From Camelus ferus (lineage: Eukaryota), in assembly GCF_009834535.1 (NCBI RefSeq), contig NC_045696.1, positions 121,398,001-121,462,000 of the forward strand: a DNA stretch of 64,000 nt. Direction: 5' to 3'. The notes beneath the pieces are model-generated. The model was not told the DNA's origin and did not search any database. It was given only the letters and a program-made list of their open reading frames with translations. The translations under genes and the position numbers were made by a program. Shown piece by piece: positions 1 through 12,820 of this stretch. The first letter of the stretch is position 1. Each line of letters starts with the position of its first letter.

Positions 1-349
1 GGGAGACCCAAGGGCAGACCCAAAGACACAGGCCATCTGTTCCTAGCATGGCAGTTGACAACCAAAGCATGACCCAGAGCCCTGACCCATGCCTCAGGTG
101 CATGAAATCAGAAATAATCAATATGAAAACAAAAGGACCCAGAGATGCTTGTAATAAAAACAGAGCACTCCACAAAAGTTTCAGCAGAAACTATGTTGGA
201 CTATTTTCATTCCTGAAGGACAAAAATGCCTAAATTATTATTTCTGTAGACACTAGGGACATCCAAAATCCCAGATAGAGACAAGCACTCAAAACAAGTC
301 CTGGATTTGCATGAATAAAGAAGTGACATTAGTGAGTATTTTGGGAAGT

Positions 350-512
350 TGGAGCAAGACAGAGCAGAGACTATGGCCCTGGAGTCCAATCCTGACTTAC
401 ATACGCTGTATCGTGGGTAAACTGCTGAATTCCTGTACGTCTCCATTTTCTCCCCCTGAAAATGGGGGAAGTAAAGGTACGTATTTAACAGGGTTGTGGA
501 TGAGGACAAGAT
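350..512 (+). mobile_element. MIR SINE, decayed
   Basis: MIR core-like 'ctccattttctccccctgaaaatggggg...agggttgtggatgagga'; boundaries approximate. Confidence 0.7.
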
Positions 513-518
513 AAAACT

Positions 519-541
519 CTGTGTGTGTGTGTGTGTGTGTG
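519..541 (+). repeat. (TG)n microsatellite
   Basis: Pure TG dinucleotide run. Confidence 0.95.
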
Positions 542-2479
542 CCCAGTGGAGTGTCTGACCTATAGCAAGCAGACAGTCAAAAAGCATGTCTCAGTCTTCA
601 TGCTCTAAGGGAACACTAGAGGGTCGGGGGGTCTTCTGGTTAAGAGTAATGCAAATAATAAATACAAACTACACCAGATGAGGACAGCTGGGTGTACTGG
701 AAGAGAGATGGTCTAAGGGTCATTTCACAACTGAGAAAGGTTTGAGCCAGAGTCACAGAAAGTCAGAGTGGGTGGGAAGGAAACCTAGAGAAGCCTTATT
801 TTTTATTTTACAGATGAGGGCTCAGGGTACAAAGACGTATGTGCCTATGACCATGTAGGACTCACCCCAGTTCTTCTGACTCTGTTCAGTGACTTCTACC
901 CCCTCAAGCTGCCTCCCTACTGTAGAGCTTCCAGAAGGCCACTTTTCATTCATTCTCTTACACCATAAAGATCAGAACAAAGGGAAAACAGCAAGATGGA
1001 CCTGGTAGGAAAGAAACAATTTCTCAGGGAAAATTTCCATCTGGCTTCTAAGGTTTGGATCCTTGGTTCCCTCCAGTTCCCCTGTGGGATGCACTCCCTT
1101 GTACCAGGGCACACAGACAAAGGAAGATGAAACCCATTTATGTCACTTGTTCTTTAAAGCTCACATTCTTCCCCAAACCTCATCCTGAACATTGTTTATA
1201 TTCCACATGGCCATCCACTGAGGTCCTAACAGCCATCCCTACCCTGTAAATGTAAACACGCAGGTGTCTTTTCCTTAGTCACCAAAATCGAACGAGCAGC
1301 CTGAGTTTTTCTTTCTTACTATTAATTCTTGATCTTCACTCTTCTTTGAAGATTGTTCCATGTAATTCGAAGTCATATACATCTCACTTTCAAAGAAAAG
1401 AATTCTAATATCTTGAGGCATTCTTTTATGGGATTCAAAAAAGATGCATCTAAAACTTTAGTGTCAAAGATATCTACTGGGGAGAAAAAATGAAAATGTC
1501 TTAGGATGACCACTTCAGAAAAAAATGTCCTCAAGCCTGGTCAGCCCAGTTCCCAATTGCTTCTGTGCCCAACCACAGACACCGTAGTGCTTTGAAAATG
1601 CGTTCCGGGAATTAATCAGACCTTGCCTTGTAAAAATGATCTATTTATTCCAGAGCTTCTTAGCTTTGCCAGTAATGGAACCTGCTTTACTACACACACG
1701 ACTTTACATGTACTGAAGGGTGAAGCAAGACCCAGGAAACCAAGTAGACACAGCAATCCGGGACTCCTGTGACTATCACAGGTGCTCTCCACAGTAGCAG
1801 CCTCTGGCTCATTTTATTTGTATTTGTACAAAACAACAGCCATGGGCAAACAGGACACAACTGGCAGCACAGCAAGACATAAAGCATTTTATGATTTAAA
1901 CACAGTAGCCATAATGCAAAAAAAAAAAAAAAAAGCAAAATAAAGAAGAGTGAATCAAATCCACTAGTAAATTCCCATATTTTTACTACAATAACTGTCC
2001 ATGTTTTAGAGAATTTAATTTCAGTGTTTAGCTTTATTTCATTATATCGTAAGGAAGAGTATTGAGTTGGGAGTGAAATGCAGGAAAGTGGTAGCCTTCT
2101 GGTTGGATTTATAGTAGAAACAAACAGGAAGTTAGTAAGATAGAACAGGAAGGTTAAAAATGGAGCTGGTCCAGGTAAGGCATAAGTATACAGGTAAGGC
2201 ATAAGAACAAACCCTTGTATCTCGTATGGTTTTCCTCGCCGCAAGACATGACAGGTTCCAAGAAAATACTTTGTGACGTGCATTATGTTCTCCACTGAGA
2301 TAAATTAGAGACTAATGAGCTCATATTTCAATGAGGGAGGAAGAAGTAGAAGCCACAGGTCAAAACAGCCCAATACAGAAGCCACATATGGCAGCAGTGT
2401 CCCTGTGAGTCTAGGACAAGACAATACTTGATGTAGTTTCCTGGTTGGTTGATCCTCAAATTTTATCCCCCCCAGTCTC

Positions 2480-2975
2480 TTTTTTTAATTGAGGTATAAT
2501 TTACTAGCAATAAAATGCACAGATTTTAAGAGTGCAGTTCAATGAGTTTTGGCAACTGTATACACTGATGAAATTAACACCATACTCAAGATATAGAATA
2601 TTTCCATAATCCAAGCAAGTTTCTTTCCGGTACTGACTTCTATCAGCCTAGCTTATAGTTGCTTATTTTTGGTTCATATATACGGAATCATATAGTGTAT
2701 ACTCTTTTGTATTTATTTGGTGGCCTTCAGTGAAAAAAGGTCTATGAGATTTATCCACGTTATCATACACATTCATAGTTTCCTCTTTATACTGCTGAGT
2801 GGTGCTCCGTTGTATGAATATACCACAATCTGTTTATTCATTTTCAAATTGAAGGAAATTTAGATTATTTCCAGTCTGACTATTATAAATAAAGCTGCTG
2901 TGAACTTTCTTACATGGGCATTTCTATGTATATATCCTCCTTCTTGGATGAATACAAAGAGGGGATTGTTGAGTT
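2480..2975 (-). mobile_element. Old LINE-1 (L1M-type) 3' end
   Basis: 'ttttttaattgaggtataatttac...gaatataccacaatctgtttattcatt...aaagctgctgtgaac' is the reverse complement of an L1 3' UTR/ORF2 end. Confidence 0.8.
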
Positions 2976-3798
2976 CACACATTTTATTCTTGAACTCTTG
3001 CTTTGGTTAATCTCTTGGTGATTCAGATCACATATTGAATGCTTTTTGCTTAAAAGTTTGGTAAGCATTATGTTTTTAAGAAATGGTGTATTTCTTGAGA
3101 CCTTATGTAAAATATCTTTGTTTTTTACGTACACAGATGACACACTTTTGAAATCCATTTCCTTCTCTACAGCTACTATCAACATCATTGTTCTGAACTA
3201 GGCCTAATCACCTCTCACCTGGAATAGAGCACCTTGAGGTGGGGACAGCATCTCTTCATCACGATGACCCCAGTGCCCAGCACATGCCCAGAGGTTAGTG
3301 AGAGTTTCTCAAGTGAAACATGTGCTTCTGCTGAGTCACTAAAACTTAGATTTCACGGGTGCACTTTAGTTATTCCCTCTTATCCACGACTCAACCTCAT
3401 CAGCACAAGGTGAAAAGTTACAAGAGTGAGGAATTAACACTGACATCCCAGATGGAGCTGATAAGGAAGTAAACATGAAAAAGATGCCCGGAACATTAAC
3501 CCCAAAGTCCTGTAAAATAATGCTGTAACTGCACTATAAAAACAACAAATCAAGGAGTAAAGAGCCTGATGGGATGCTGCGTGACAAACGCTGAAGATGC
3601 TAAGACGGAATAAATAAAAAGTGACACTCTTCATAAGAGTATGAGGGAAACTGGTCAGATTTATGTGTCATCTGTTAATGAACTTTATACACATCCCTGT
3701 CATCAAGACTGTTTATCAGCTGAATACAGTGCTGCATTTCAATCAAGCAACTGGGTGATAGTTTTCAGGTGGGAATTAGCAAGACCCTCTGTGGATGT

Positions 3799-3800
<2 letters not shown>

Positions 3801-3836
<36 letters not shown>
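3801..3836 (+). repeat. (CA)n microsatellite
   Basis: Pure AC run; produces the THTHTH in ORF 3641..3901. Confidence 0.95.
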
Positions 3837-3838
<2 letters not shown>

Positions 3839-4074
3839 CCAAAAGTCAACACTGGGGACAATTCTCGCAAGCAGTGGTGGCCATCATTTAGATTTCCATG
3901 ATTATGCAGAAACCGAGTATTTAATGGATCTTTTCTCTTAAATTACAAATTGGGAGCCTAGAAGATTTCGTTACAGTCTTGCTGCTCAAGGACCATAATC
4001 TCCTCTGTATTTATGCCTTTGCTACAGACATTCCTTCCCAGGTGTTCCATCCTGTGTTGCCCTCTTGTTGACAA

Positions 4075-4980
4075 GTTCTGTCACTCTATGTCCATCTCAT
4101 CAAGATATCCACCTGCCTTCAAAGTACATGCAGAATATGACTGGTTCTCTCCTCCTCTGCTGCAGTGCAGCCACCGCCATCTCTCACCTGCCACACCTTC
4201 TACCTGGCATTCCCGGTTTCATCCTTGTTCCTCTACAGTTGATCGCTGTCAACTTGCCAACAGCCTGATTCCTCTAACAGATAAGACTGACTCTACTGTC
4301 CCCAAACTCTTCCCCTCTGACCGCTCTACTTCTTGACCCCCTCCACTCTCCTTACTGAGGCCTCCTTAATATTCCTTAAACGTTCCTGAGAGACACATGT
4401 TCTACAGAACCATGACGGCATTTCCTTCTCCTTCCTCTCATTTACCACCTTCAAGTTTGTGCTCAAATGTCACCTTTTCAGTGAAGCCTGCTCAGACTGT
4501 CCTAATCAAATCCTGACACCCTGCTGCCTTCCCCAACCCCCTTACACCACAACACCTATCACATTCCTTTTTTCCTTTATTATTTTTTTTATTGATGTAA
4601 GGTCAGTTTATAATGTTGTGTCAGTTTCTGGTGTAAGGCACAATGTTTCAGTCATACGTATACATACATATAGTCCTTTCCATATTCTTTTTCATTATAG
4701 GTTACTACAAGATATTACATACAGTTCCCTGTGCTGTACAGTAGGTCCTTGTTGTTTACTTTACAATAGTAGTTAGTCTCTGTAAACCTTGAACTCCCAA
4801 TTTATCACATTCTTCTCATGCACTTATTTATTAGATGCTTTCTCTTGTCTCTCTTCCCGAACTAGCTTCACAAATGTAAGCTCCACAAATTCTTACCTAA
4901 TTTTGCTTCCATGACAGATCCAAAATGAGCCATGCTTAGCACACAGTAGGTATTCAGTAAACATTTGCTGAACAAATGGA
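4075..4980 (+). mobile_element. LINE-2 3' fragment, interrupted by a younger L1
   Basis: L2 motifs 'ctcaaatgtcaccttttcagtgaagcc' and terminal 'agcacacagtaggtattcagtaaacatttgctgaac'. Confidence 0.75.
4567..4802 (-). mobile_element. Young L1 3' end, 5'-truncated
   Basis: T-tail, then 'attgatgtaaggtcagtttataatgttgtgtcagtttctggtgta...agttccctgtgctgtacag'; flanked by direct repeat TATCACATTC. Confidence 0.85.
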
Positions 4981-5743
4981 AAACTTTGCATTAGACGCTT
5001 CTGGGAATGAAGGCTGACTTGAGGTTGACTTCAGTATAGGAAATTAAGAAAGTATACTGAAAGATATTGTCAGAATCACTTTTGTAAGCCAAATTTTAAA
5101 TTCCATGTAGAAACTCGATAAAAGTTCTTTCACCTCCAAGTAGAGGAGGGCTTATTACGGAAGAAAAGCCTGTAATTTTTCTATGCAGTTCATCTATTAT
5201 CTGACATTGTTAGAAGTTCCCCTGAATTGAGAACAGTAAGTTTTTCTTTCCTCTGCAAGAAAGATGCTGTCATGTTCTGGCATGGGTGACTCTCAGATTC
5301 AGTGGTCCATGGCACATGGGATGGATGTGGACCCTAGAGGGATAGCTGCACTTCATACTGTTCAGGCATTGACATCGTTCCAAGGACTTACATCTAAAAC
5401 AAAACATGTGCTTCCCACATGTTAGTCTTTCATATATTACTAATACTTGCATTTAGATATTATTTTTTCTTTAAGTTGACACATTAAAAAATTAAGTATA
5501 CCCATCTACACTGAAGCTTTACATCATCTTCATAAATGGAAAATTAGTATCACCTGCCATAAATAAAAGAGACAAATAAAAATACATACAATGAAAATAA
5601 AGAAAGAAATAAATTCCAGCTAGATACTTTTGCTGGCCCAATGCTTTGCGTCTGAGATCTTTCTCCTCTTTGTTGAAAATTGAGAACATAAAATGTTAAA
5701 AAGATGCGAAAATATACAATACCAAAACAAAAGTTTCTTTTTG

Positions 5744-5982
5744 GTGGGTGGAAAGGTATAAATTTGGGAGTTTGAGATTTACAAATGGTAGCCACTATAT
5801 ATAAAAAATAGATTTTTTTTTAAAAGTTTCTGCTGTATAGTACAGGGGACTATGTTCAGTATCTGATAATAACCTTTAATGAAAAATATGGAAACGAATA
5901 TATGTATTTATATGCATGACTGGGATCTTGCCCTTTATACCAGAAATTGACACTGCTGTAACTGATAGTACTTAAATTTAAA
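5744..5982 (+). mobile_element. Young camelid-type L1 3' end
   Basis: 'aaatttgggagtttgagattt...cagaaattgacac' plus A-tail; 15-bp TSD AAAAGTTTCTTTTTG at 5729-5743 and 5983-5997. Confidence 0.9.
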
Positions 5983-6114
5983 AAAAGTTTCTTTTTGACA
6001 TCATCATCAGGATAGAAAGAGAATTTAGAAGGGCCAACTGTCTCACTGCATGGTTCAGGATTAGTCAGCCCTGTGTCCACATTTCCCCTAAAATCATGCC
6101 TGTGTCCCTAGAGC

Positions 6115-6310
6115 CTTAGGGTGGTTAGTGTGGACTCTAGAGTCCAAAATGCAGATTTAAATGCTAACCCCATCACCTGCTAACTCTGAAACCTTGAGCT
6201 AGAGGCATACTCTCTCCAAGTTTGGCTTTCCCTCATCTGCGAAATGGGGCAAACAGTACCTATTTTGCAGACTGATATGACACTTAGATGGTAGAACATG
6301 TGAAACCACA
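6115..6310 (+). mobile_element. MIR SINE
   Basis: 'gtggttagtgtggactctagag...tttccctcatctgcgaaatgggg'. Confidence 0.7.
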
Positions 6311-7499
6311 GAGCAGGTGGTTCTCTTTTGGGTCAGAAAAGATTCTTGGTCTTTAATTTCAATGCTACAATTCTCTCTGTTCAGGCCACTTATACTCCTC
6401 ACTGTCAAGGCTCCAAGTTCTATTTAATAGATTTATGGTCCATATTTTGTAGTTGACGTTTACAGCAGGAAGTCATTGCAGTTTGGCGAAAGGGGGCTGG
6501 TAAAGATGTTCTCTTAGAGCAAGTCCAGATGGTTTGGATGGAGAGTGACAGTAAGTGACAGGTCGAGTGAGGCTGCTCTGGGAACAAAGATGACCCCTCA
6601 GTCTCTGCAGCTAGAAATGCCATCTGTATCAAGGGAGGGCTGGCCCAGAGGATCAAGATGTAAAAGCTGGTTGGGCTGACTTGTTCTGGAATAATTCATC
6701 AAAATTGGGGAAATTTGCAAAGGTCACCACTGACTCATCAAGAACTTCCAACAGTTCCAGCACTTTTCTTTACCCTGTATTTCACCATCATTCCTTCCCC
6801 ACTGAGTCACAGACATCCCAGCAAGAGGAAACTGGCATTTGGAGCGTATTTTCCCCATCTGTCTAAAAGCAGGGGCAATGGAGGGCAGATGTATGTCTTT
6901 AAATTCATATAGCTATTAAAATGGCCAATTAAAATGATGTGAATAATTCAAAGAATTAAGCAGGAAAACCAGAAATACCTGCAAACTAAGATACAATTAC
7001 TTTTCTTCTCTATGAAACACCAATTTTAATTCCACATTTTGAAAAGGCAAGATGACAATAATATTCATATGTTTGCCATTTTTGTAAGGATGAAAGCTAG
7101 GAAGAAAAAGTGCAGACCACAGAGAACGCTGGTGGTTTAAATTCTCTTTTTAGATTTTATAATAACCTTTTATCTTTCTGTATTTTCTCCCTTTACTAGT
7201 ATCATGGGGCAGCCAGATTTAATTATCTCTTTTAAAATTACGCTTCTTACTTCTTTCCTGGGCTCATTTACTTGTTTGTCCCTTTAGCTGTGGATTGATG
7301 GGTGAGGAGTAGAAAAGTGGGGACAAGGAGATTCTCTGTCTGTCATCTTTTATGAGAGACATTAGATTTTAGTTTCTTATTTTGATTCAAAGAGAGGGTT
7401 CATCCGGCTTGAAGATGTGGGTGGCAAAGAAATTCTTTTTTGAAGGAAAAAGGGCTTATTCATTCAATAATTATATCTGTTAGTGGAGAAAGCAAGCAT

Positions 7500-7945
7500 A
7501 ACTAAATAAACAAGGATGCTGAGACAATGAACTATTTGGAAGAAAAACAGATCAAGTGACATCACTTCTCACAACAGAATAAAAATAAATTCAAGATGAA
7601 CTACAATTTAAAAGTAGAAAATTAATAAATGAAACTGAAGAAAATATAACTGCTGTTTATCTGATGTTAGAATGTAAAAAGAAGAAATCGTAACAGAAAA
7701 AACTATAGATTTGTCAAAAATAATACATATAAAAAGACAAAGAAGCTGGAGAAATTTTACAGCAAATAAAATTATTATAAACAAGTAATATATATAAAGT
7801 GTTCATAATAAATAATTAGAAAAACATTTAAATCTCATTTGAAATTGGCCAAAGGACATGAATAAGTAATTCAAAGAAGAAGAAATAAAAGCTAACAACA
7901 AATATAGAAAACAAATTCTACCTCACTAGTAATGACAATAAAATG
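7500..7945 (+). mobile_element. Old L1 ORF2 3' remnant
   Basis: A-rich; 'aaattggccaaaggacatgaataagtaattcaaagaagaagaaa...ctacctcactagtaat'. Confidence 0.65.
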
Positions 7946-9084
7946 ATAGCTTCTGGTTCTGGTCAAGATGGAATAAATCACCCTACTTCTGCTAATTATA
8001 ACTAAACCCTGGACCCACCTAAAGCAACCACCAGAAGATTTTGAAAGGTGAAATCAAGAAGATGGTCAGGCTAATGAAGAAAGAAGACATGGCAGTGCAT
8101 TCCCTGGGATATATATATTTATTTTTCTCATGTATATCTTAGTCTGGGTCCTAGAGCTGCCCGCAACTCAGAACCACTACAGGGCACAATAAAACAATTA
8201 AGAATTCCCAGGAGAAGCCTGCTCCCTGCATCCAGAGGTGAGGGGAGAGGAAGCCCTGTGGGATGGGTCCCTGTTGCCCCCTGCCCTTCTAACACCACAG
8301 AGAAGCAGCCCCGTCATTCCCTACCAGCAAGGCTGTGGTATCTGGGCACTTATCCCTGTCTTCGCCTCTGCCAGGCAAGTGCACCCACCAAAGAGTCTTG
8401 TAGAGGAGCCCGGACAGTTCCCTCCTCACACTGGGCAGATGACACTACAGAGGTGGCGACCTCCGCCCTGGCATCACTGCTGCAGATGCAGTAGACTGGA
8501 GTCTATAGGACCACCCACTGTCCTTCACTAAGCTGTCTGCCTGCCTCTTCCTCTGACTAGACAGTGGGGAATGGGACCCTTTATATCTGTGTTTGCAGCC
8601 CCAGGCTCACCCTGAGTGACCCGTGCATGAAGCTGACCAGAAAGATCCCAGCAAAGGTGTTCAGAACTGAACTATGGTATAAAATATCACCCAGGTTGGC
8701 ATCTGGGTAGTGCACAAGGCGGGCAGACCGGAACAGCACTTCAAAGGCTTATAAAATATCGGCATTTAAACCACAGCTCTCCTGATCATAGGTACAAACT
8801 TTTTAAACAAAATATTAGTAAATAGTAAAAGAAATAATACATCATGACCAAGGAGATACAAAGTTCATTCAATACTCAAGACAGAATTAATGCAACCTGC
8901 CATTCTTACAATCTAAAGGAGGAAAAGCCACATGATCATACTGATTGAGGCAGAAAGTCTATTTGATAAAATTTAACACCCATTCATGCTAAAAACTCTC
9001 AGCCAAGTAGAAAAAGAAGAAAACTCTCAACATGATAAAAAGCATCTACAAAACAACCCACAGTTCCTATCATATTCTGGAAGA

Positions 9085-9441
9085 TTTTTAAAATTTTTTA
9101 TCAAAGTATAGTTGATTTACAAAGTTAGTTTTCGGTGTACAGCAAAGTGATTCAGTTATACGTGTATACACATACATATTTTTTTCTTTTCAGATTCTTT
9201 TCCATTATGTGTTATTACAAGATATTGAATATAGTTCCCTGTGTTGTACAGTAGGTCTTTGTTGTTTATCTATTTTATATATAGTAATGTGTATGTTAAT
9301 CCCTGACCCCTAATCTATCCCCCACTGCCCTTTCCCCTTGGGTAACCATAGTTTGTTTTCTGTCTGTCAGTCTGTTTTTGGTTTGTAAATAGAATTGGTA
9401 TCATTTTTTTTAAGATTCCACATATAAGTGATATTATATGG
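9085..9441 (-). mobile_element. L1 3' end nested in older L1
   Basis: 'aagtatagttgatttac...gaatatagttccctgtg...agattccacatataagtgatat'. Confidence 0.85.
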
Positions 9442-9486
9442 TAGCAGATTGAATGGTTTCTCTATAAGATCAAGAATAAGGCAAGT

Positions 9487-9582
9487 TCAGTGGTCAAGTG
9501 TGTATTTAGCCTGCAGGAGGTCATGGGTTCAATCCCCAGTGCCACCATTTAAAACAAAACTATAAATAAGTAAGTAAGTAAG

Positions 9583-9623
<41 letters not shown>

Positions 9624-9694
9624 TGATAGTTTGACAGACAGACAGATAGACAGACAAACAAACCTAATTACCTACCATCCCTCCCCACCCCAAA
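9487..9694 (+). mobile_element. 5'-truncated tRNA-Ala-derived camelid SINE (Vic-1-like) with expanded tetranucleotide microsatellite
   Basis: B-box 'gggttcaatccccag', tail 'aaacctaattacc', TSD AATAAGGCAAGT at 9475-9486 and 9695-9706. Confidence 0.85.
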
Positions 9695-9859
9695 AATAAG
9701 GCAAGTATGTCCACTTTCACCATTCTTATCCAACATAAGGATGTTCTAGCTTTTGCCATCGGGCAAATAAAAGCAATTTGGAAAAGAAAAAGTAAAATTT
9801 CTCTTCATGACCAGTTAAGTTAGGCAAAGACATTAGATATGACATTAAAAGCATAGACT

Positions 9860-10486
9860 AAGATTCAGCAGTCCCACTCCTGGGCATATATATGGAGAAG
9901 ACTAATTAGAAAAGATACATGTACCTGAATGTTCATAGCAGCGCTATTTACAATGGCCAAGACATGGAAACAACCTAAATGTCCATCAACAGATGGCTGG
10001 ATAAAGAAGCTGTGGTACATTTATACAATGGAATACTACTCAGCCATAAAAAATAATAAAATAATGCCATTTGCAGCAACATGGATGGACCTAGAGATTG
10101 TCATTCTAAGTGAAGTAAGACAGAAAGAGAAAGAAAAATATCATATATCACTTATATGTGGAATCTAAAAAAAGAAAAAAGACACTAATGAACTCATATA
10201 CAGAACAGAAACAGACTTGTAGACACAGTAAACAATCTTATGGTGGGAAGGGATAAATTTGGGAGTTTGAGATTTGGCAATGGTAACCACTATATATAAA
10301 AATAGATAAAAAAACAAATCTCTTCTGTATAGCACAGGGAGATATATTCAGTATCTTGTAATAACCTTGTAGTAATGAAAAAGAACATGAAAGTGAGTAT
10401 ATGTATGTATATGTATGACTGAAACATTATGCTGTACCCCAGAAATTGACACATTATAACTGACTATACTTCAATTTTTAAAAAAA
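9860..10486 (+). mobile_element. Young L1 3' end (ORF2 C-terminus plus 3' UTR)
   Basis: ORF 9929..10168 [21 protein letters not shown]...YYSAIK is the L1 ORF2p C-terminus; short direct repeat AAAAGCATA on both flanks. Confidence 0.92.
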
Positions 10487-11699
10487 GCATAATCCACAAT
10501 AGGCAGAGTTGATCAATTAGACTCTATCAAAACAAAAACAACAAAGCTTGTGTCAGGAAAAAGGCACTGTTAAGAGAATGAAACAACAAGGTACAGACCA
10601 AGATTTGTACATCACATGTCCAACGGGGGACTTGTATTCAGAACATATAAAGAACTCTCTAAAAACAGTAGGAAATTAAGCAATCCAGTTTAAAAATGGA
10701 TAACATTTGAATTTACACTTCCCCACCAATATACAGATGGCAAATAAGCAGACAAAAAGATGTTCTACCCCACTAGATATGAGGCATATGCAAATTAAAG
10801 CCACAAGGAGATACCACTGCACACCCAGTAAAGTGGCTGAAATCACAAAATAAGGGCAACACCAGGTGTTCATGAGATGGCAGATAGCCGGGTCTCTCCA
10901 ACATCACCATTGGGGGTGTACAATGGTGCCACCACTCTGGGAAATGGGGTGGTAGTTTCTTTCAAACAGATACTTATGATATGATGGAGCAAAGCCACTC
11001 CTGAGTGTTCACACCAGAGAACGGCAATCTGTATTTACACAAACACTTGTACCTAAATGTTCCAAACCTAAAACTGGAAACAGCTCCAAAGTCTTGCACT
11101 AGGTGAATGGATAAACGGACTGTTGAATATTCACACCACGAAATACTACATAGCACTAAAGAGGGACACACTATAGATACACACATCCAAACTACTCTGA
11201 TGGCTTTCAAGAGCATTACCCTGAGGGAAAACAGCCAATCTCAAACAGTTACATAGTATACGAGTATAAAACTGCCAAGTGACAAGATCATAGTGATGGA
11301 GAACAGATCAATGGTTGCCACAGGGTTACAGGATTGGAAGGGAGTGGCTCTGAAAGGACAGCACAATGGAGTGTTTGTGGGGGGTGATGGAACAGCTCTG
11401 TATTCTGATCATGGGCACTGGTGACAAATCCACACATGGAATAAAATTAATAGAACTATACCCTCTCCCACCCCCTAAAAAATAACAATGAGAAAGTGCA
11501 TGAAATAAAATTGATGAGACCCAAATAACACCTGTCATTGAGGTAATAGTGTTGTGTCAATGTCAAATTGCTGGTCTTGATAACTGCACTAAGCTTATTT
11601 ATACTTTATGTTATCTTTGAGGGAAGTTGGGCAAAGGCTACATGGGAACTCTGTCCTATATTTTTAAGAACATCTCTTCTTTTACAGAAATATAATCCT

Positions 11700-11990
11700 A
11701 TACATATTTTTGAGGTATAATTGAGATATAACACTTTATTATTTCAGGTGTACAACGTAATGATTTGATATTTAAGAGTTTTTGGAGGTATCATATACAC
11801 ACCATAAAACCCACTCATTTTAAGTATACAATTGAATGGTTTTTAGAAAATTTATGGAGATGTGAAGCCATTACCACTATTTATAACATCTTCTTCACCC
11901 CAAATGAAACCTCATGCTTATCTGCACTTACTCCCCATCCCATCCTCAGACAACTTTCTGTCTCCACAGATGTGCACTTTCCAATCTCCA
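11700..11990 (-). mobile_element. Two short antisense L1 3'-end fragments nested in the old L1 3' UTR
   Basis: 'ttttgaggtataattgagatataac' followed by 'accataaaacccactcattttaagtatacaatt'. Confidence 0.65.
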
Positions 11991-12820
11991 TGCTATTTTT
12001 GCAACTTCTGTGCTAGTCTAAATTTATTTCACAACAAAAACTGTTAAAAAATAATTTTAAAACCTATGACCTTAAGATTTGTTTTTCTAAAATTCTGGCA
12101 AAATTATCAGCTTTTCATAATAAAATCTCTCTAGGCATATGGATTTTTAAAGATTTCACCCAGTAAGATGTTAGAAAAAATACAAATGACAAGACTATAT
12201 TCAGTTCTGTTATCCATGCTTAGGATCACCAGTTGTATTAGAATACCCAAGATAATTCAACATAGCACAGAAAATTCAGCTATTATTGGTAACAAATTCA
12301 CCCCACAGGGACCAGTAAGAAGTAAACAAGGTGTGTAAGGCATTTGACAAGTGTTATTTCTATAGGTGATTTAATATGATATTTAAAAATAACTCCTACA
12401 AGTTTTGAAAAGCCAATGGCAAATTAGAGAAACATTACACTTTTAGGTTAAAATTATAATAATAATCGTGTTGATGACCATGAAAGTATTTCTTAAAGCC
12501 TTTTACCAAAATAAAATTTTGATCAGAGAAAAAAATAATGTAACAACTTCATATAACAGAAAAAAATAAACTCAAATGACAGGGTATTATTATGAAAGTG
12601 TACTTCAAAACTTTATAAATTCTAAAGTTATTGTTCATATATATGCATGCACATGTACATATATATGTGTTTATAGCAAATATCTATGATTTACAGTGAC
12701 AATGAATGTGATTCTAAACATCAAAATTCTGAGTTATCATTTTACTCAGACCAAATAAATATAATATATTCTTAGTTTTCAGATAATAAAAAATAATACC
12801 TTTTAAAATAAAGCAATTTT

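Larger units (their letters stand above)
7950..12050 (+). mobile_element. Old L1 (L1MC/L1MD-like): 5' UTR-like segment, internally deleted ORF2 and 3' UTR, with nested younger insertions
   Basis: Starts 'cttctggttctggtcaagatgg'; RT-region motifs 'atttgataaaatttaacacccattcatg'; 3' UTR 'gatggagaacagatcaatggttgcc...gggcaaaggctacatgggaactctg'. Confidence 0.75.

Noticed and set aside
1690..2295. 201-aa minus-strand ORF
   Set aside because: Crosses a poly-T run, has a non-ATG start and atypical composition, and matches no family I recognise; only its first ~80 nt is kept as a weak exon candidate
5189..5235. Plus-strand mini exon candidate (tatgcag|...ACA|gtaagt)
   Set aside because: Isolated, peptide unrecognised, no compatible partner exons found
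9929..10168. Protein-like ORFs (also 13213..13563, 23858..24118, 24469..25483, 37438..37677, 55899..56424)
   Set aside because: Fragments or antisense readings of LINE-1 ORF2; truncated and frameshifted, not host genes
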